From Myxococcota bacterium (GTDB taxonomy: Bacteria; Myxococcota_A; Bradymonadia; UBA7976; UBA1532): 64,000 bases of DNA. The number at the start of each line of letters is the position of its first letter. Position 1 is the first letter of the stretch. Made by a program: the position numbers and the translations under genes. This document shows positions 10,374 through 20,447 of the stretch, one piece after another. The notes under the pieces were generated by a model that was given only the letters and a program-made list of their open reading frames with translations, had not been told where the DNA came from and did not search any database. Where the stretch lies: contig JAYZEG010000001.1 in NCBI GenBank assembly GCA_036337435.1, positions 32,001 to 96,000 of the forward strand. Direction: 5' to 3'.

Positions 10374-11240
10374 TCAGCGCGTCCACCACTGCGCATTCTG
10401 ATCAAAAAAACCATCGTTGACATCCGCATTGTCTGCACTGACATCCGCAAACTGAATAATCGTCGTCGACAAGACCTCGCGTGACCGGGTTGTTCGAGCA
10501 CTGATTTTATGAGCCATCCAATGGCCACCAACCAGTTTGAGGTCATCAAATTTAATGAACTTTAGCTTTCGACCCTCGCGCACCCAAGCCTTGATTTGAA
10601 CGGGTAACAATTTGGATTTGCTTACCCAGAGTCGACTCTTGACGTATCCGGTCTCATCCTTGGCTTTTTGGGTGACCGGACGCGCTTCGATGAGCCAGCA
10701 ATCTTCAGCCCCGTCGCCTTTGCCGACAGAAATCGACTGTTTTACCATCGTGTACTCATAGTCCGACGTCGCCGAGCGCGTCATATCCGAATAGGTCAAA
10801 TCCGTGCCCATAAATGACCCTGACTTATCCCCACTCGAAATGCGTGTACTTTTTTTCAAACTGGGGAGATAAAGCCATTGGTCATCATCTTTTTTGGAAT
10901 CGTCATGGTCGATAGACAGTAATGATGTCCCCTGGACGTCCGCGGGACTATCAAAGACCATTAGCTGACGCTCAGATGCCCCTGTCTCCATTGCCCAAGA
11001 CCGCATGGTTCGCTCCCGAGTTCGGCCGCCCTTATCGATAATCTTGAGAAGTAATGTGCTTTTTACACGGTTCGCTTTGTCTCTAGACTCCACCGCGGTC
11101 ATGATGGCTTTTGCATCTGTGGAAGCAGCAGTGACCGCCGTCTGAGCAGTTTGGACAACTTGGTTCGGTGGTGCCTGAGCAAAGCTGTCAGTGCACAAGA
11201 GACAGGCAGTAAGGGCGAGAAGACTGTGTTGATTAAGCAT
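10374..11240 (-). CDS. LolA-like outer-membrane lipoprotein-sorting protein
   Basis: Signal peptide; SPADVQGT.LL, DDQWLYLPSLKK..RI, SFMGTDLTYSDM. Confidence 0.85.
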   Translation of the reverse strand: MLNQHSLLALTACLLCTDSFAQAPPNQVVQTAQTAVTAASTDAKAIMTAVESRDKANRVKSTLLLKIIDKGGRTRERTMRSWAMETGASERQLMVFDSPADVQGTSLLSIDHDDSKKDDDQWLYLPSLKKSTRISSGDKSGSFMGTDLTYSDMTRSATSDYEYTMVKQSISVGKGDGAEDCWLIEARPVTQKAKDETGYVKSRLWVSKSKLLPVQIKAWVREGRKLKFIKFDDLKLVGGHWMAHKISARTTRSREVLSTTIIQFADVSADNADVNDGFFDQNAQWWTR

Positions 11241-13779
11241 TTTGGATCTCCGTCTTATCATTGGACAGGGGATAAAAGGTTCTGATCAAAGCCGGCGCAA
11301 AGAATAGGTCGATCAAGAGGGCCAATAAGGCAGTGCTGCCTACTAGGAACCCAAAGCGTGTCACATTCGTCATGTCGGCGGCCAGATACGTGAAAAAACC
11401 CAACATGAGGATGAGTGTCGTACTGACCATTGCCCGACCTGAATGGCTCACGGCAGCTCGCAAAGCAGCCTCCCGATCATGAGAACTTTGATGATTAACC
11501 CGAAAATGGTGCAGCAAATGAATGGTATCATCAACAGCCAAACCAATTGCGATGGACGCGATCAATAACGTATTCATGTCGATGGGAATTCCGGACAAAC
11601 CCATAATTCCCATGATCATGATGATGGGCATCAAGTTCGGGACCATCGCGATCAAGCCCAACTTGATGCTGCGCAAGAGCAGCATCATGATCAACGTAAT
11701 GACCACGAAGGCAACTCCGAAGCTCGCCAAGAGGTCGTGAATCATTTGACCGATTGTCGTCACCAAAGTGTACACGGAGCCAGTTGGTCGCGCCTCGACA
11801 TTCTCCGGGATGTGAGTGGCAACCCCCTCGCTGATATGTTTTGTTAAACCGAAATACGCCGTCGCTTCCAACCACTTCATGCGGATGGTCATATGAGTCC
11901 TGGTGTAATCGGCGGTCACCAGCCTCTCCAGTTGCTCTCGACCCGCATTTTCGAACAAAAAAAGCATATCACTTACCCCCCGATTGGTCTCAGGAATGGC
12001 ATAGTCAATGGCGCGGTCTTCGGTCATCACACGATTGGTCTCTTTGACAATATCCACGATGCTGATGCCGTTACCGACAATGTCGCCGACAATGGGATCT
12101 CTGTATGCTTTGATGTGGTCTTGTAGGGCGGCCATCCCGTTAAGGAGTGCCTTGTCCTTAATCCCATTCGGTCCTGCACTGTCGATGAGAATTTGGATGT
12201 TGGCCGTTCCACCGAGGTGGGTATCGATGCTGTCAAAGGCCTGCTTGATCTTGACGTCCTTTGGCATCCAGGACATTGGATTGTGCCAGACCGTCAATTG
12301 GAGACTCCCACCTACCCCAGCGACCACGAGCACGACCATAAGGGTCAAATTTCGCCGTTTTCGAACGCGGTGAGCTTTTGTAAAAGCAGGTGCTGACCGA
12401 CTATCAGGACCCGATGACCACAAACAGAAATCAAGAAAACGATCCAGAAAGTCGCGTTGACTGAGTTCAACCCGACCGAAACGACCCTTTCGATTGAAGC
12501 TCAGAGCAGCCGGTAGGAATGTAACCGACAAAACAAAGGCTAAGAAAACAGCGAAAGCACCCGAATAACCCATTTCCTGGATGGCTTCTAAGCTCGCAAA
12601 GTGAAAGCTCAATAGACCGACCATTGTGGTCAGAGAGGTGAAGAAGATAGGGACTCCGGTGGTCGCCAACGCGTGGGCAAGCGCATCGTGTGCAGACCGA
12701 CCTTCCGCCATGGAGTCACGATATACAGAAATTAAGTGAACCGAGTGGCCGATCCCAACACAGAAAAGAAATGCCGGCAGGATATTACTGAGCATGGTCA
12801 GACGCATGCCAATGAAGGCCAATGTCCCCACCGTGATCAAGCCCGAGGCAATGACAACAAACAGGGGCGGGAAAATACCGAGCGGATGCCTAAACAAATA
12901 CAAGAGCACACAGAACATCACCACCACAGACCAAATGAAAATGGAATGGAGATCGGACGTCAGCAACCGATTTAGCTCAGCATTGAGCGCAGGCAGGCCA
13001 CCCACTTGAACATGAAATCCAGGCGTACTGAATTGAGCACCAAGGTTTTGGATGGCATTAAATAATCGTTGAGCGTCGGAATCGGTCAGTTTCTGTGTGC
13101 GGACACTGATGGCAGAATACTCACCCGCGGCATCAACGACTTGACCGACTAGGCGTTGGTCATTGGTAATTTTGGCCTTGAGTTGCTCTAAGTCGCCGTC
13201 CACAGGAAAAGGGTCGAGAAGTTCTCCTACAACAAGACTGCCGCCCTGATTACGACGGGTCTCGCGGACATTGAGTATGGATGTCACCTCTTCAACAACC
13301 GTGGTGGTCTCCCCATCCCAATCCTCGGACCCATCATCGCCAAATCCATCAAAGTCGCCGAAGGCGTCCGCGTCTTCGGCTTGCGTTGATGGCGTCGTGT
13401 CGGTCTTCGGCGAGACAGCTTCGGAGCCGTCGGTCGACAACACGATATCGAGCTTTTCAAGTGAACGGTGTAGGTCTCGAAGTTTTGTCAGATAGGGGAT
13501 GGAGAAAACGTCGCCTTTGATGAGGACCAGGAAAATTGCATCATCGCCGAAGGTTTTTCGGTATTCATTCAGTACAAACTGCGTCTCAGATTCGGCATGA
13601 GCGAAGGCTTCAACGCTGGTATCGAGCCGAGTTTGAGTCGCCGCGAAGTAGCCTGCAACACAAACGAGTGCGGCCGTCGCCATGATGACCGCGTACCGAA
13701 ATCGGATCATTAATTGGGCCCATCGGCGGAATCCCTCGTGAATCGGTTCGGCCCGTTGGCTTATTTTATTGTCACCCAT
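11233..13779 (-). CDS. MMPL/RND-family exporter
   Basis: Two 1+5 TM repeats with periplasmic loops; TSLTTMVG, IGLAVDDTIH. Confidence 0.9.
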   Translation of the reverse strand: MGDNKISQRAEPIHEGFRRWAQLMIRFRYAVIMATAALVCVAGYFAATQTRLDTSVEAFAHAESETQFVLNEYRKTFGDDAIFLVLIKGDVFSIPYLTKLRDLHRSLEKLDIVLSTDGSEAVSPKTDTTPSTQAEDADAFGDFDGFGDDGSEDWDGETTTVVEEVTSILNVRETRRNQGGSLVVGELLDPFPVDGDLEQLKAKITNDQRLVGQVVDAAGEYSAISVRTQKLTDSDAQRLFNAIQNLGAQFSTPGFHVQVGGLPALNAELNRLLTSDLHSIFIWSVVVMFCVLLYLFRHPLGIFPPLFVVIASGLITVGTLAFIGMRLTMLSNILPAFLFCVGIGHSVHLISVYRDSMAEGRSAHDALAHALATTGVPIFFTSLTTMVGLLSFHFASLEAIQEMGYSGAFAVFLAFVLSVTFLPAALSFNRKGRFGRVELSQRDFLDRFLDFCLWSSGPDSRSAPAFTKAHRVRKRRNLTLMVVLVVAGVGGSLQLTVWHNPMSWMPKDVKIKQAFDSIDTHLGGTANIQILIDSAGPNGIKDKALLNGMAALQDHIKAYRDPIVGDIVGNGISIVDIVKETNRVMTEDRAIDYAIPETNRGVSDMLFLFENAGREQLERLVTADYTRTHMTIRMKWLEATAYFGLTKHISEGVATHIPENVEARPTGSVYTLVTTIGQMIHDLLASFGVAFVVITLIMMLLLRSIKLGLIAMVPNLMPIIMIMGIMGLSGIPIDMNTLLIASIAIGLAVDDTIHLLHHFRVNHQSSHDREAALRAAVSHSGRAMVSTTLILMLGFFTYLAADMTNVTRFGFLVGSTALLALLIDLFFAPALIRTFYPLSNDKTEIQNA

Positions 13780-14003
13780 TCAAACTCGACTGAATCCAGA
13801 AGCATAGCCCACGACTCCTAGTGTAGAGAGCCGTGTATAGGAACTCGGTTACTGATTGCCCGCCCTCATTAATACCCTAATTCAAGTGTTCGTAGGTTAT
13901 TAAATTCGGACGGGGCTGAGTGGTGGGTAGATTTTGGTGCTGGATCGGGTTGCAACCCAATCGGCGACAGGCTAAGAGCGCGTAGGGAAGAAAGGAATGG
14001 AAC

Positions 14004-14885
14004 ATGGAAACTTCAACTTTTGCAGCTAAAGTCGGACTTGCGGAAATGCTAAAGGGCGGCGTCATCATGGATGTCGTCGACGCAAACCAAGCGCGGATCG
14101 CGGAAGACGCCGGTGCTTGTGCCGTGATGGCACTCGAACGAGTACCGGCCCAGATCCGCAAAGACGGTGGCGTGGCTCGAGCAAGCGACCCCGGCATGAT
14201 CAGGGAGATCCAGAAAGCCGTATCGATTCCGGTCATGGCAAAGTGCCGGATCGGGCACTTTATGGAAGCACGGATTCTCGAAGCACTCGAAGTTGACTTC
14301 ATCGACGAAAGCGAAGTGCTCACGCCGGCTGATGAGGCGTTCCACATTGAAAAAAATGACTTCAAGGTGCCCTTCGTCTGTGGCTGCACAGATTTAGGGG
14401 AAGCACTGCGACGCATTGGCGAAGGGGCTGCACTGTTAAGGACAAAGGGCGAAGCGGGTACCGGTAATATCGTCGAGGGTGTGCGCCACTTGAGAACCCT
14501 CCACGGACACATCCGCCTGCTGACCCAGATGAGACCAGAAGAACTCATGACCGAGGCAAAAGAAATCGGAGCGCCATTTGCTCTCGTCAAACAGGTTGCA
14601 GAGACCGGGCGGCTTCCGGTGCCCAACTTCGCCGCTGGTGGTATCGCAACACCGGCGGACGCCGCTCTGTGCATGGCTCTCGGAGCTGAATCGGTCTTCG
14701 TCGGCTCGGGCATCTTTATGAGTGATGACCCCGAACGGCGAGCGAAAGCAGTCGTCGAAGCGACGACCTACTGGCAGGATCCGGCGAAGCTGGCTGAAAT
14801 CAGCACCGGTCTGGGCGAGGCGATGCCAGGACTTGAAATCGCTCGCTTGGGCGACAGTGAACGGTTGTCTCAACGAGGCTGGTAA
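14004..14885 (+). CDS. pdxS: PLP synthase lyase subunit
   Basis: [44 protein letters not shown]. Confidence 0.97.
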   Translation: METSTFAAKVGLAEMLKGGVIMDVVDANQARIAEDAGACAVMALERVPAQIRKDGGVARASDPGMIREIQKAVSIPVMAKCRIGHFMEARILEALEVDFIDESEVLTPADEAFHIEKNDFKVPFVCGCTDLGEALRRIGEGAALLRTKGEAGTGNIVEGVRHLRTLHGHIRLLTQMRPEELMTEAKEIGAPFALVKQVAETGRLPVPNFAAGGIATPADAALCMALGAESVFVGSGIFMSDDPERRAKAVVEATTYWQDPAKLAEISTGLGEAMPGLEIARLGDSERLSQRGW

Positions 14886-15460
14886 TGTCCAAAACCATCG
14901 GGGTTCTTGCCCTCCAGGGTGGCTATGAGTCACACCTGAGAGCTCTCGGTCGCTGCGGATACAGAACGCGCGCCATTCGGCACGTCGACGCTCTTACTGG
15001 CATCGACGGACTCGTTTTACCCGGTGGTGAAAGCACGACCCAAATCAAGCTGATGAAGCGCTTTGGACATTGGAGCGTCATCGATGAATTGGTGCGCTCT
15101 GGCTGTCCGACTCTTGCAACGTGCGCCGGCATGATCCTGGCGGCAACCCAGGTGTCTCAACCAGAGCAATCCTCGTTCGGCTGGATAGATATGAGCGTCG
15201 CTCGAAACGGTTGGGGTCGGCAGGTCTACAGCGGCGAGACCCTTGCGGATCTCGACTCGACACAACCGCATTTCGGCCCTGTGCCCCTCAAGCTTTTGTT
15301 TATACGAGCACCGAGAATTCTCCGCATCGGGGCCGGTGTCGAGGTGCTCGCTCAGACCAATGGAGAACCGGTGATGGTCAGACAAGACGCTCTCATCGCC
15401 GCCAGTTTCCACCCGGAACTCACCGACGACCTGCGGGTTCATCGGTTGGCATTCGAGTGA
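14885..15460 (+). CDS. pdxT: PLP synthase glutaminase subunit
   Basis: GVLALQG, PGGEST, TCAG, FIRAP, SFHPE; 1-nt overlap with pdxS. Confidence 0.95.
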   Translation: MSKTIGVLALQGGYESHLRALGRCGYRTRAIRHVDALTGIDGLVLPGGESTTQIKLMKRFGHWSVIDELVRSGCPTLATCAGMILAATQVSQPEQSSFGWIDMSVARNGWGRQVYSGETLADLDSTQPHFGPVPLKLLFIRAPRILRIGAGVEVLAQTNGEPVMVRQDALIAASFHPELTDDLRVHRLAFE

Positions 15461-15498
15461 GGCTCCGTTAAAACGTCCGCGTTCTGTCTGACCCTCAA

Positions 15499-16551
15499 TT
15501 ATGCGATAGTGACCTTGGGGTCGAGGTAGACGTCTTGGACGGCATTTAAGAGCTGAACACCCTCAGCGACGGGGCGCTGAAACGCCTTCCGGCCAAGGAT
15601 TAGGCCCATGCCGCCAGCGCGCTTATTGATGATGGCTGTCTTCACGGCATCAGCGAAGTCATTGTCGCCGCTCGCACCACCCGAATTGATCAAGCCATTG
15701 CGGCCCATGTAACAATGAGCGACTTGGTATCGACAGAGGTCGATGGGGTGGTCAGTACAAAGGCTGTTGTACATACACGGGTGGGTTTTGACAAAACCAA
15801 TGTTAGAGAAGCCGCCATTATTGGTGGGCATCTTTTGTTTAATGATATCTGCCTTGATGGTGACACCGAGATGATTTGCCTGAGACGTCAGGTCCGCTGC
15901 CGTATGGTAATCGACACCATCTTTTTTGAACCCGCTATTTCGTGTGTAGCACCATAGGATTGTGAATAGACCAAGGCTATTGGCCTCCTCAAACGCTTCT
16001 GCAATTTCGATCAGTTGCCGATTGCTGTCTTCGCTCCCGAAATAAATGGTGGCGCCAACGCCAACAGCACCCATATCGAATGCCTGTTGGACACTCCCAA
16101 ACGAAATCTGCTCATAGGTTTGGGGATAGGTCATCAACTCATTGTGATTGAGCTTGACGATGTATGGAATCCGATGAGCATACTTACGCGCCGTCGATGC
16201 GAGTACGCCGAGAGTTGACGCGACGCCGCTGCAACCACTCTCAATGGCTAACTCAACGATTTTTGCCGGATCAAAATAAATGGGATTGGGCGCGAACGAT
16301 GCGCCAGCCGTATGCTCAATGCCTTGATCTACGGGCAGGATCGACAGGTAGCCACTGCCACCTAAACGACCTGTGTCCCACATCCATTGCAAGTTGCGCA
16401 GAACCGGATTGGGTCGATCCGACTCCAAGACGACCCGTTCAATAAAGTCTGGACCGGGTAAATAAAGATTTTCTGCGGAGATCGTCGAACATTTGTGTTC
16501 GAGAAGATCGGCTGCGTCGTGACCAAGAAGCTCGCTGTAATCCAAAGCCAT
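15499..16551 (-). CDS. fbaB: Class I (DhnA-type) fructose-bisphosphate aldolase
   Basis: [23 protein letters not shown] (Schiff-base Lys), [17 protein letters not shown]. Confidence 0.95.
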   Translation of the reverse strand: MALDYSELLGHDAADLLEHKCSTISAENLYLPGPDFIERVVLESDRPNPVLRNLQWMWDTGRLGGSGYLSILPVDQGIEHTAGASFAPNPIYFDPAKIVELAIESGCSGVASTLGVLASTARKYAHRIPYIVKLNHNELMTYPQTYEQISFGSVQQAFDMGAVGVGATIYFGSEDSNRQLIEIAEAFEEANSLGLFTILWCYTRNSGFKKDGVDYHTAADLTSQANHLGVTIKADIIKQKMPTNNGGFSNIGFVKTHPCMYNSLCTDHPIDLCRYQVAHCYMGRNGLINSGGASGDNDFADAVKTAIINKRAGGMGLILGRKAFQRPVAEGVQLLNAVQDVYLDPKVTIA

Positions 16552-16827
16552 TGTACGTTCCTAAGGTAAGCAGGTTGGTTTGTGGTGCCAGGTCTATCAA
16601 ATCGGGTGATGAGCAGCAAGCCGTTCGATGGTCTATTTTGTGCTTTTGAAGCACGTCTATGTGACCTGCATTGGTCTTCGCTGCCGATCCAAGATGCTTC
16701 ATATGAGGATGAACTGAGCTCATGACAGCCCCTTCAATCATGGTTTTGAGCAGATAAAATGAGTTGGGGGCTTGCATTTCAGAATGCCGTGTCTAGTGTC
16801 GGTGCCGGGATCAACAAGGAGAAGACA

Positions 16828-17682
16828 ATGGATGAGCAGACGTACGTCTTTAACGCAGGCGATGCAGATTTTCAGGAGCGGGTACTCATCCGAAGCCAAG
16901 AGGTGCCGGTGCTTCTCGATTGTTGGGCGACGTGGTGTGGCCCATGTAAGACAATCGGACCCATCCTCGAGAGCCTTGCGAAGGAATATGAGGGTCGCTT
17001 TGAACTGGTCAAGGTTGACATCGACAAGGCACCACAGGTTGCGATGGCACTGCGTATCCAATCTGTGCCGACCGTCTACCTCTTCAAAGGGGGTCGCCCC
17101 GTGGACGGATTTCAAGGTGCGCAGCCTGAATCGGCGATTCGCGCCTTGGTCGAGCGACATGTCGAAGCGCCTGAAGTGCCGCCTATTGAATTGGCAAGAC
17201 GTGCTTTAGAGCGAGGTGATACCGACGCTGCAGCCGGCAATTTCCGCACCGTATTAGAAGATGATGCAGACAATGGGGAAGCACTCATTGGAATGGCCCG
17301 ACTCGCACTCGGACACGGCGACGAAGGTGCTGCAGTCGGTTGGTTGGACAAGATCACTGAAGCAAATCCGATGTACTCCAACGCAGAAAAGCTCCGCGGG
17401 GTTCTTAACTTTTCAATCGACGCGGGCGACTTAAAGACGCTCCTTACTGCAATTGAGCATGATCCCAAAGATGTTGACGCCTGGTATAAACTGGGAGCGA
17501 CCTACGCTGTCGCCGGTGAAATGAGCGATGCACTCAACTCATTTCTGGAGGTTGTCAAACAGGATCGTAGCTTCCGCGATGATGGTGGACGGAAAGCAAT
17601 GCTCTCCCTGTTCGAAGCCGTTGGCATGGATGATCCGCTGGTCATCACACATCGAAAACGTCTCGCAGCCTACTTGTTCTAG
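16828..17682 (+). CDS. cnoX: Thioredoxin-TPR chaperedoxin (CnoX/YbbN family)
   Basis: WATWCGPCK thioredoxin domain, TPR helices, C-terminal RKRLAAYLF; AAGGAG RBS before ATG 16828. Confidence 0.85.
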   Translation: MDEQTYVFNAGDADFQERVLIRSQEVPVLLDCWATWCGPCKTIGPILESLAKEYEGRFELVKVDIDKAPQVAMALRIQSVPTVYLFKGGRPVDGFQGAQPESAIRALVERHVEAPEVPPIELARRALERGDTDAAAGNFRTVLEDDADNGEALIGMARLALGHGDEGAAVGWLDKITEANPMYSNAEKLRGVLNFSIDAGDLKTLLTAIEHDPKDVDAWYKLGATYAVAGEMSDALNSFLEVVKQDRSFRDDGGRKAMLSLFEAVGMDDPLVITHRKRLAAYLF

Positions 17683-17781
17683 GCAAAACGCGCCATTGAA
17701 CCAGACCCAGCCTATTTGTAAGTTACCGCGGCCCTTGGTATAGGCCACTGTGGGGTCAATGGGTTTTGAGGGACTGTAATT

Positions 17782-18852
17782 TTGTACGAACAACAGTGGT
17801 TTTCGAGTAGCTATTCAGAGGCCAGACAGCGCTTTATCGAACTGGTCGCGCGAGAAGAGGGTATTCATACCCAATTGCCCATTGCAGCCCGTGGACCCGA
17901 TGGCGATTCCTTATCGATCGATATCGGATGGTTTGGCTCAATCCAGCCCACACGGGCCATCCTGCATATCTCAGGCACCCATGGTGTCGAAGGGTTTGCC
18001 GGGTCCGCCATTCAGTTAGCAGCCATCGCAAACAAGGTGTGTGTACCGGACGACGGAGATGCCATTATCTTCGTCCATGTACTGAATCCGTACGGTATGG
18101 CTTGGCTTCGCCGAGTCAACGAGAACAACGTCGACCTCAACCGAAATTTTCTGCCTGACAATGCGCCCTATGATGGCGTATCCGATGGCTACAAAGCCAT
18201 GCATTCAACCCTGAATCCGCAGAGTGGTCCCCGCTTTGATTTCTTCTTGCTCAGAAGCCTAGCCAAAATTATTCAGCACGGTTACAGCACGTTGAAACAG
18301 GCGATCACAGAAGGCCAATATGTCTATCCACGGGGATTGTTTTTCGGTGGAAAACAGCTTGAAGAAGGACCCAGGACGTACCTGGATTGGCTGGAGAAAA
18401 GCCTTGGACGCGTCGATTCAGTCTGCGCTATCGATGTCCATACGGGTCTCGGCAAATCGGGCGAAGACACCCTCCTCATCGATGCAGGCAAGGACGACCC
18501 GTCTTATCAACATCTAGCGAGAATTTTTGGAGACCGAATCGCTCCATGGGATGCCGACCAATCGATCGCATATCAGATAAACGGCGGACACCCAGCGGCT
18601 GTATGTCGTCAACTGGGGTCGGCGGAGGTTGATTTCATCACCCAGGAATTTGGCACCATCGCCGGCTTGAAGGTGCTTTATGCGCTGAGACAAGAAAACC
18701 GCTGGCATCAATGGGGAAATGGAGATTTGAAACACAGTTCGAAACAAGGGCTGCTCGATGCTTTTAGGCCGGATACGGACCGCTGGCGGGCATCTGTTCT
18801 TCGGCGGGGTATAGAACTCTTACAACAGGTCCAAAAACACACGTTCAAGTAA
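17782..18852 (+). CDS. M14-like zinc carboxypeptidase (DUF2817)
   Basis: SGTHGVEG, RRVNENNVDLNRNF, IDVHTGLG, TQEFGT; TTG start. Confidence 0.85.
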   Translation: MYEQQWFSSSYSEARQRFIELVAREEGIHTQLPIAARGPDGDSLSIDIGWFGSIQPTRAILHISGTHGVEGFAGSAIQLAAIANKVCVPDDGDAIIFVHVLNPYGMAWLRRVNENNVDLNRNFLPDNAPYDGVSDGYKAMHSTLNPQSGPRFDFFLLRSLAKIIQHGYSTLKQAITEGQYVYPRGLFFGGKQLEEGPRTYLDWLEKSLGRVDSVCAIDVHTGLGKSGEDTLLIDAGKDDPSYQHLARIFGDRIAPWDADQSIAYQINGGHPAAVCRQLGSAEVDFITQEFGTIAGLKVLYALRQENRWHQWGNGDLKHSSKQGLLDAFRPDTDRWRASVLRRGIELLQQVQKHTFK

Positions 18853-18956
18853 ATCCAAACGGTCTCTTCGCACCGAGGCTAATCAGCTTGGAGTATTGTT
18901 TAAGACCCATCGACCTTACAGCAAACCGGCGGTTGTCAACGCTGCCTTAGACAGAC

Positions 18957-20435
18957 TCAACTTTTCTCGACCGCGGTCCGCCACCCAGTCAATGCACAAG
19001 CGACCTCGCCTTCGGAGAGGGTCCGTTGAAAGCGCGCATTCTCTTGCCATGCCTCTTTGACGGCACCCAGGTCAGCCCAAACGCCCACAGCGAGTCCAGC
19101 AAGAAATGCCGCGCCGAGTGCTGTGGTCTCGAGCATGGTTGGTCTCACCAGTTCGACGCCGAGAAGGTCGGCCTGAAATTGCATGAGCAAATCGTTGGCG
19201 GCAGCCCCTCCGTCGACCTTCAATTGGGTCAACGGCCGATTCAGATCCTGGCTCATGGCATGAAGTATATCGTAGTTCTGAAACGCAATGCCTTCGAGTG
19301 CTGCACGGGCGATATGGGCTTTTGTCGTGCCGCGAGTAATGCCCGTGATGAGACCCCGCGCATCCGGTCTCCAATGAGGCGTACCCAAGCCCGTCAAAGC
19401 AGGGACAAAATAGACCCCGCCTGTGTCGTCCACTTGATTCGCTAAAGCTTCCACCTCAGGTGCAGTCTCGATCAACTCAAGCCCATCTCGTAACCATTGA
19501 ACTGCGGCCCCTGCGATGAATGCGGACCCCTCTAACGCGTAGGTAACATCATCTCCAATCTGCCAGCCCACTGTCGTTAGCAAACCGTTTTGACTTGGAA
19601 CGGCTTCGTCACCTGTATTCATCAGAAGAAACGCACCTGTGCCATAGGTGCACTTTGCCTCGCCTAAACCAAAGCATGCTTGTCCAAACAAAGCGGACTG
19701 TTGATCCCCGGCCATGCCCGCCACAGGAATTCCATCAGGGAGTCCAGGAAAGCCGCGTGTTGTCCCATAGACCTCGCTACAACTGCGAATCTCAGGCAGA
19801 ATGCAACGGGGTACATTGATGAGGTCGAGAAGGTCATCGTCCCATTGGCGCGTATGCAAATTCATTAGCATTGTACGGCTTGCATTGGAGACATCCGTGA
19901 CATGGCTCCGACCGGATGTGAGTTTCCAAACAAGAAAAGAGTCTATGGTTCCGAATGCGAGCTCACCTCGGGTCGCTCGCTGCCGAGCTCCGGGGACATT
20001 GTCGAGTAGCCAGGCTGCTTTTGTCCCCGAAAAATACGCATCGATGACCAACCCCGTTCGCTCTCGGATGAGCGGCCCATGACCGCCTTTAGCCAAGGTT
20101 TCGCACACACCAGCTGTACGGCGACATTGCCAAACGATGGCATTGTGGATGGCATCGCCCGTCTCTCTATCCCAAATCACAGCTGTTTCACGTTGATTGG
20201 TGATGCCAATCCCGGCAATTTGATCTGTTGCGATGCCAGCGTCCACAACCGCGCCACCAACGGCGGCAACAACGGAGTCCCAAATGGCAGCAGGCTCATG
20301 CTCAACCCAGCCTGGTTGTGGATAGATTTGAGCAAATTCGACTGTATGACGTCCAAGGACAGCCAGCGAACTGTCCAAAATGAGAACGGTTGTTCCCGTC
20401 GTTCCCTGGTCGATGGCCATTACATATTTGCTCAT
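18957..20435 (-). CDS. glpK: Glycerol kinase
   Basis: IDQGTT, ITNQRET, WQCRRT, DAYFSGTK, GDQQSALFG, KCTYGTG, KVDGG. Confidence 0.96.
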   Translation of the reverse strand: MSKYVMAIDQGTTGTTVLILDSSLAVLGRHTVEFAQIYPQPGWVEHEPAAIWDSVVAAVGGAVVDAGIATDQIAGIGITNQRETAVIWDRETGDAIHNAIVWQCRRTAGVCETLAKGGHGPLIRERTGLVIDAYFSGTKAAWLLDNVPGARQRATRGELAFGTIDSFLVWKLTSGRSHVTDVSNASRTMLMNLHTRQWDDDLLDLINVPRCILPEIRSCSEVYGTTRGFPGLPDGIPVAGMAGDQQSALFGQACFGLGEAKCTYGTGAFLLMNTGDEAVPSQNGLLTTVGWQIGDDVTYALEGSAFIAGAAVQWLRDGLELIETAPEVEALANQVDDTGGVYFVPALTGLGTPHWRPDARGLITGITRGTTKAHIARAALEGIAFQNYDILHAMSQDLNRPLTQLKVDGGAAANDLLMQFQADLLGVELVRPTMLETTALGAAFLAGLAVGVWADLGAVKEAWQENARFQRTLSEGEVACALTGWRTAVEKS

Positions 20436-20447
20436 GGTGTCACCCCC

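Noticed and set aside
10374..10412. Possible frameshift at the A7 run near the LolA-like C-terminus
   Set aside because: The frame stays open and the stop sits 2 nt before the next start, so nothing is evidently broken
13877..14713. 278-aa antisense ORF and similar long shadow ORFs (e.g. 5917-6552, 8334-8825, 31523-32134)
   Set aside because: They lie opposite well-supported genes and show no motifs; expected codon-bias shadows
16439..16777. 112-aa ORF across the fbaB-cnoX spacer
   Set aside because: It overlaps fbaB out of frame, with no motifs or clear RBS
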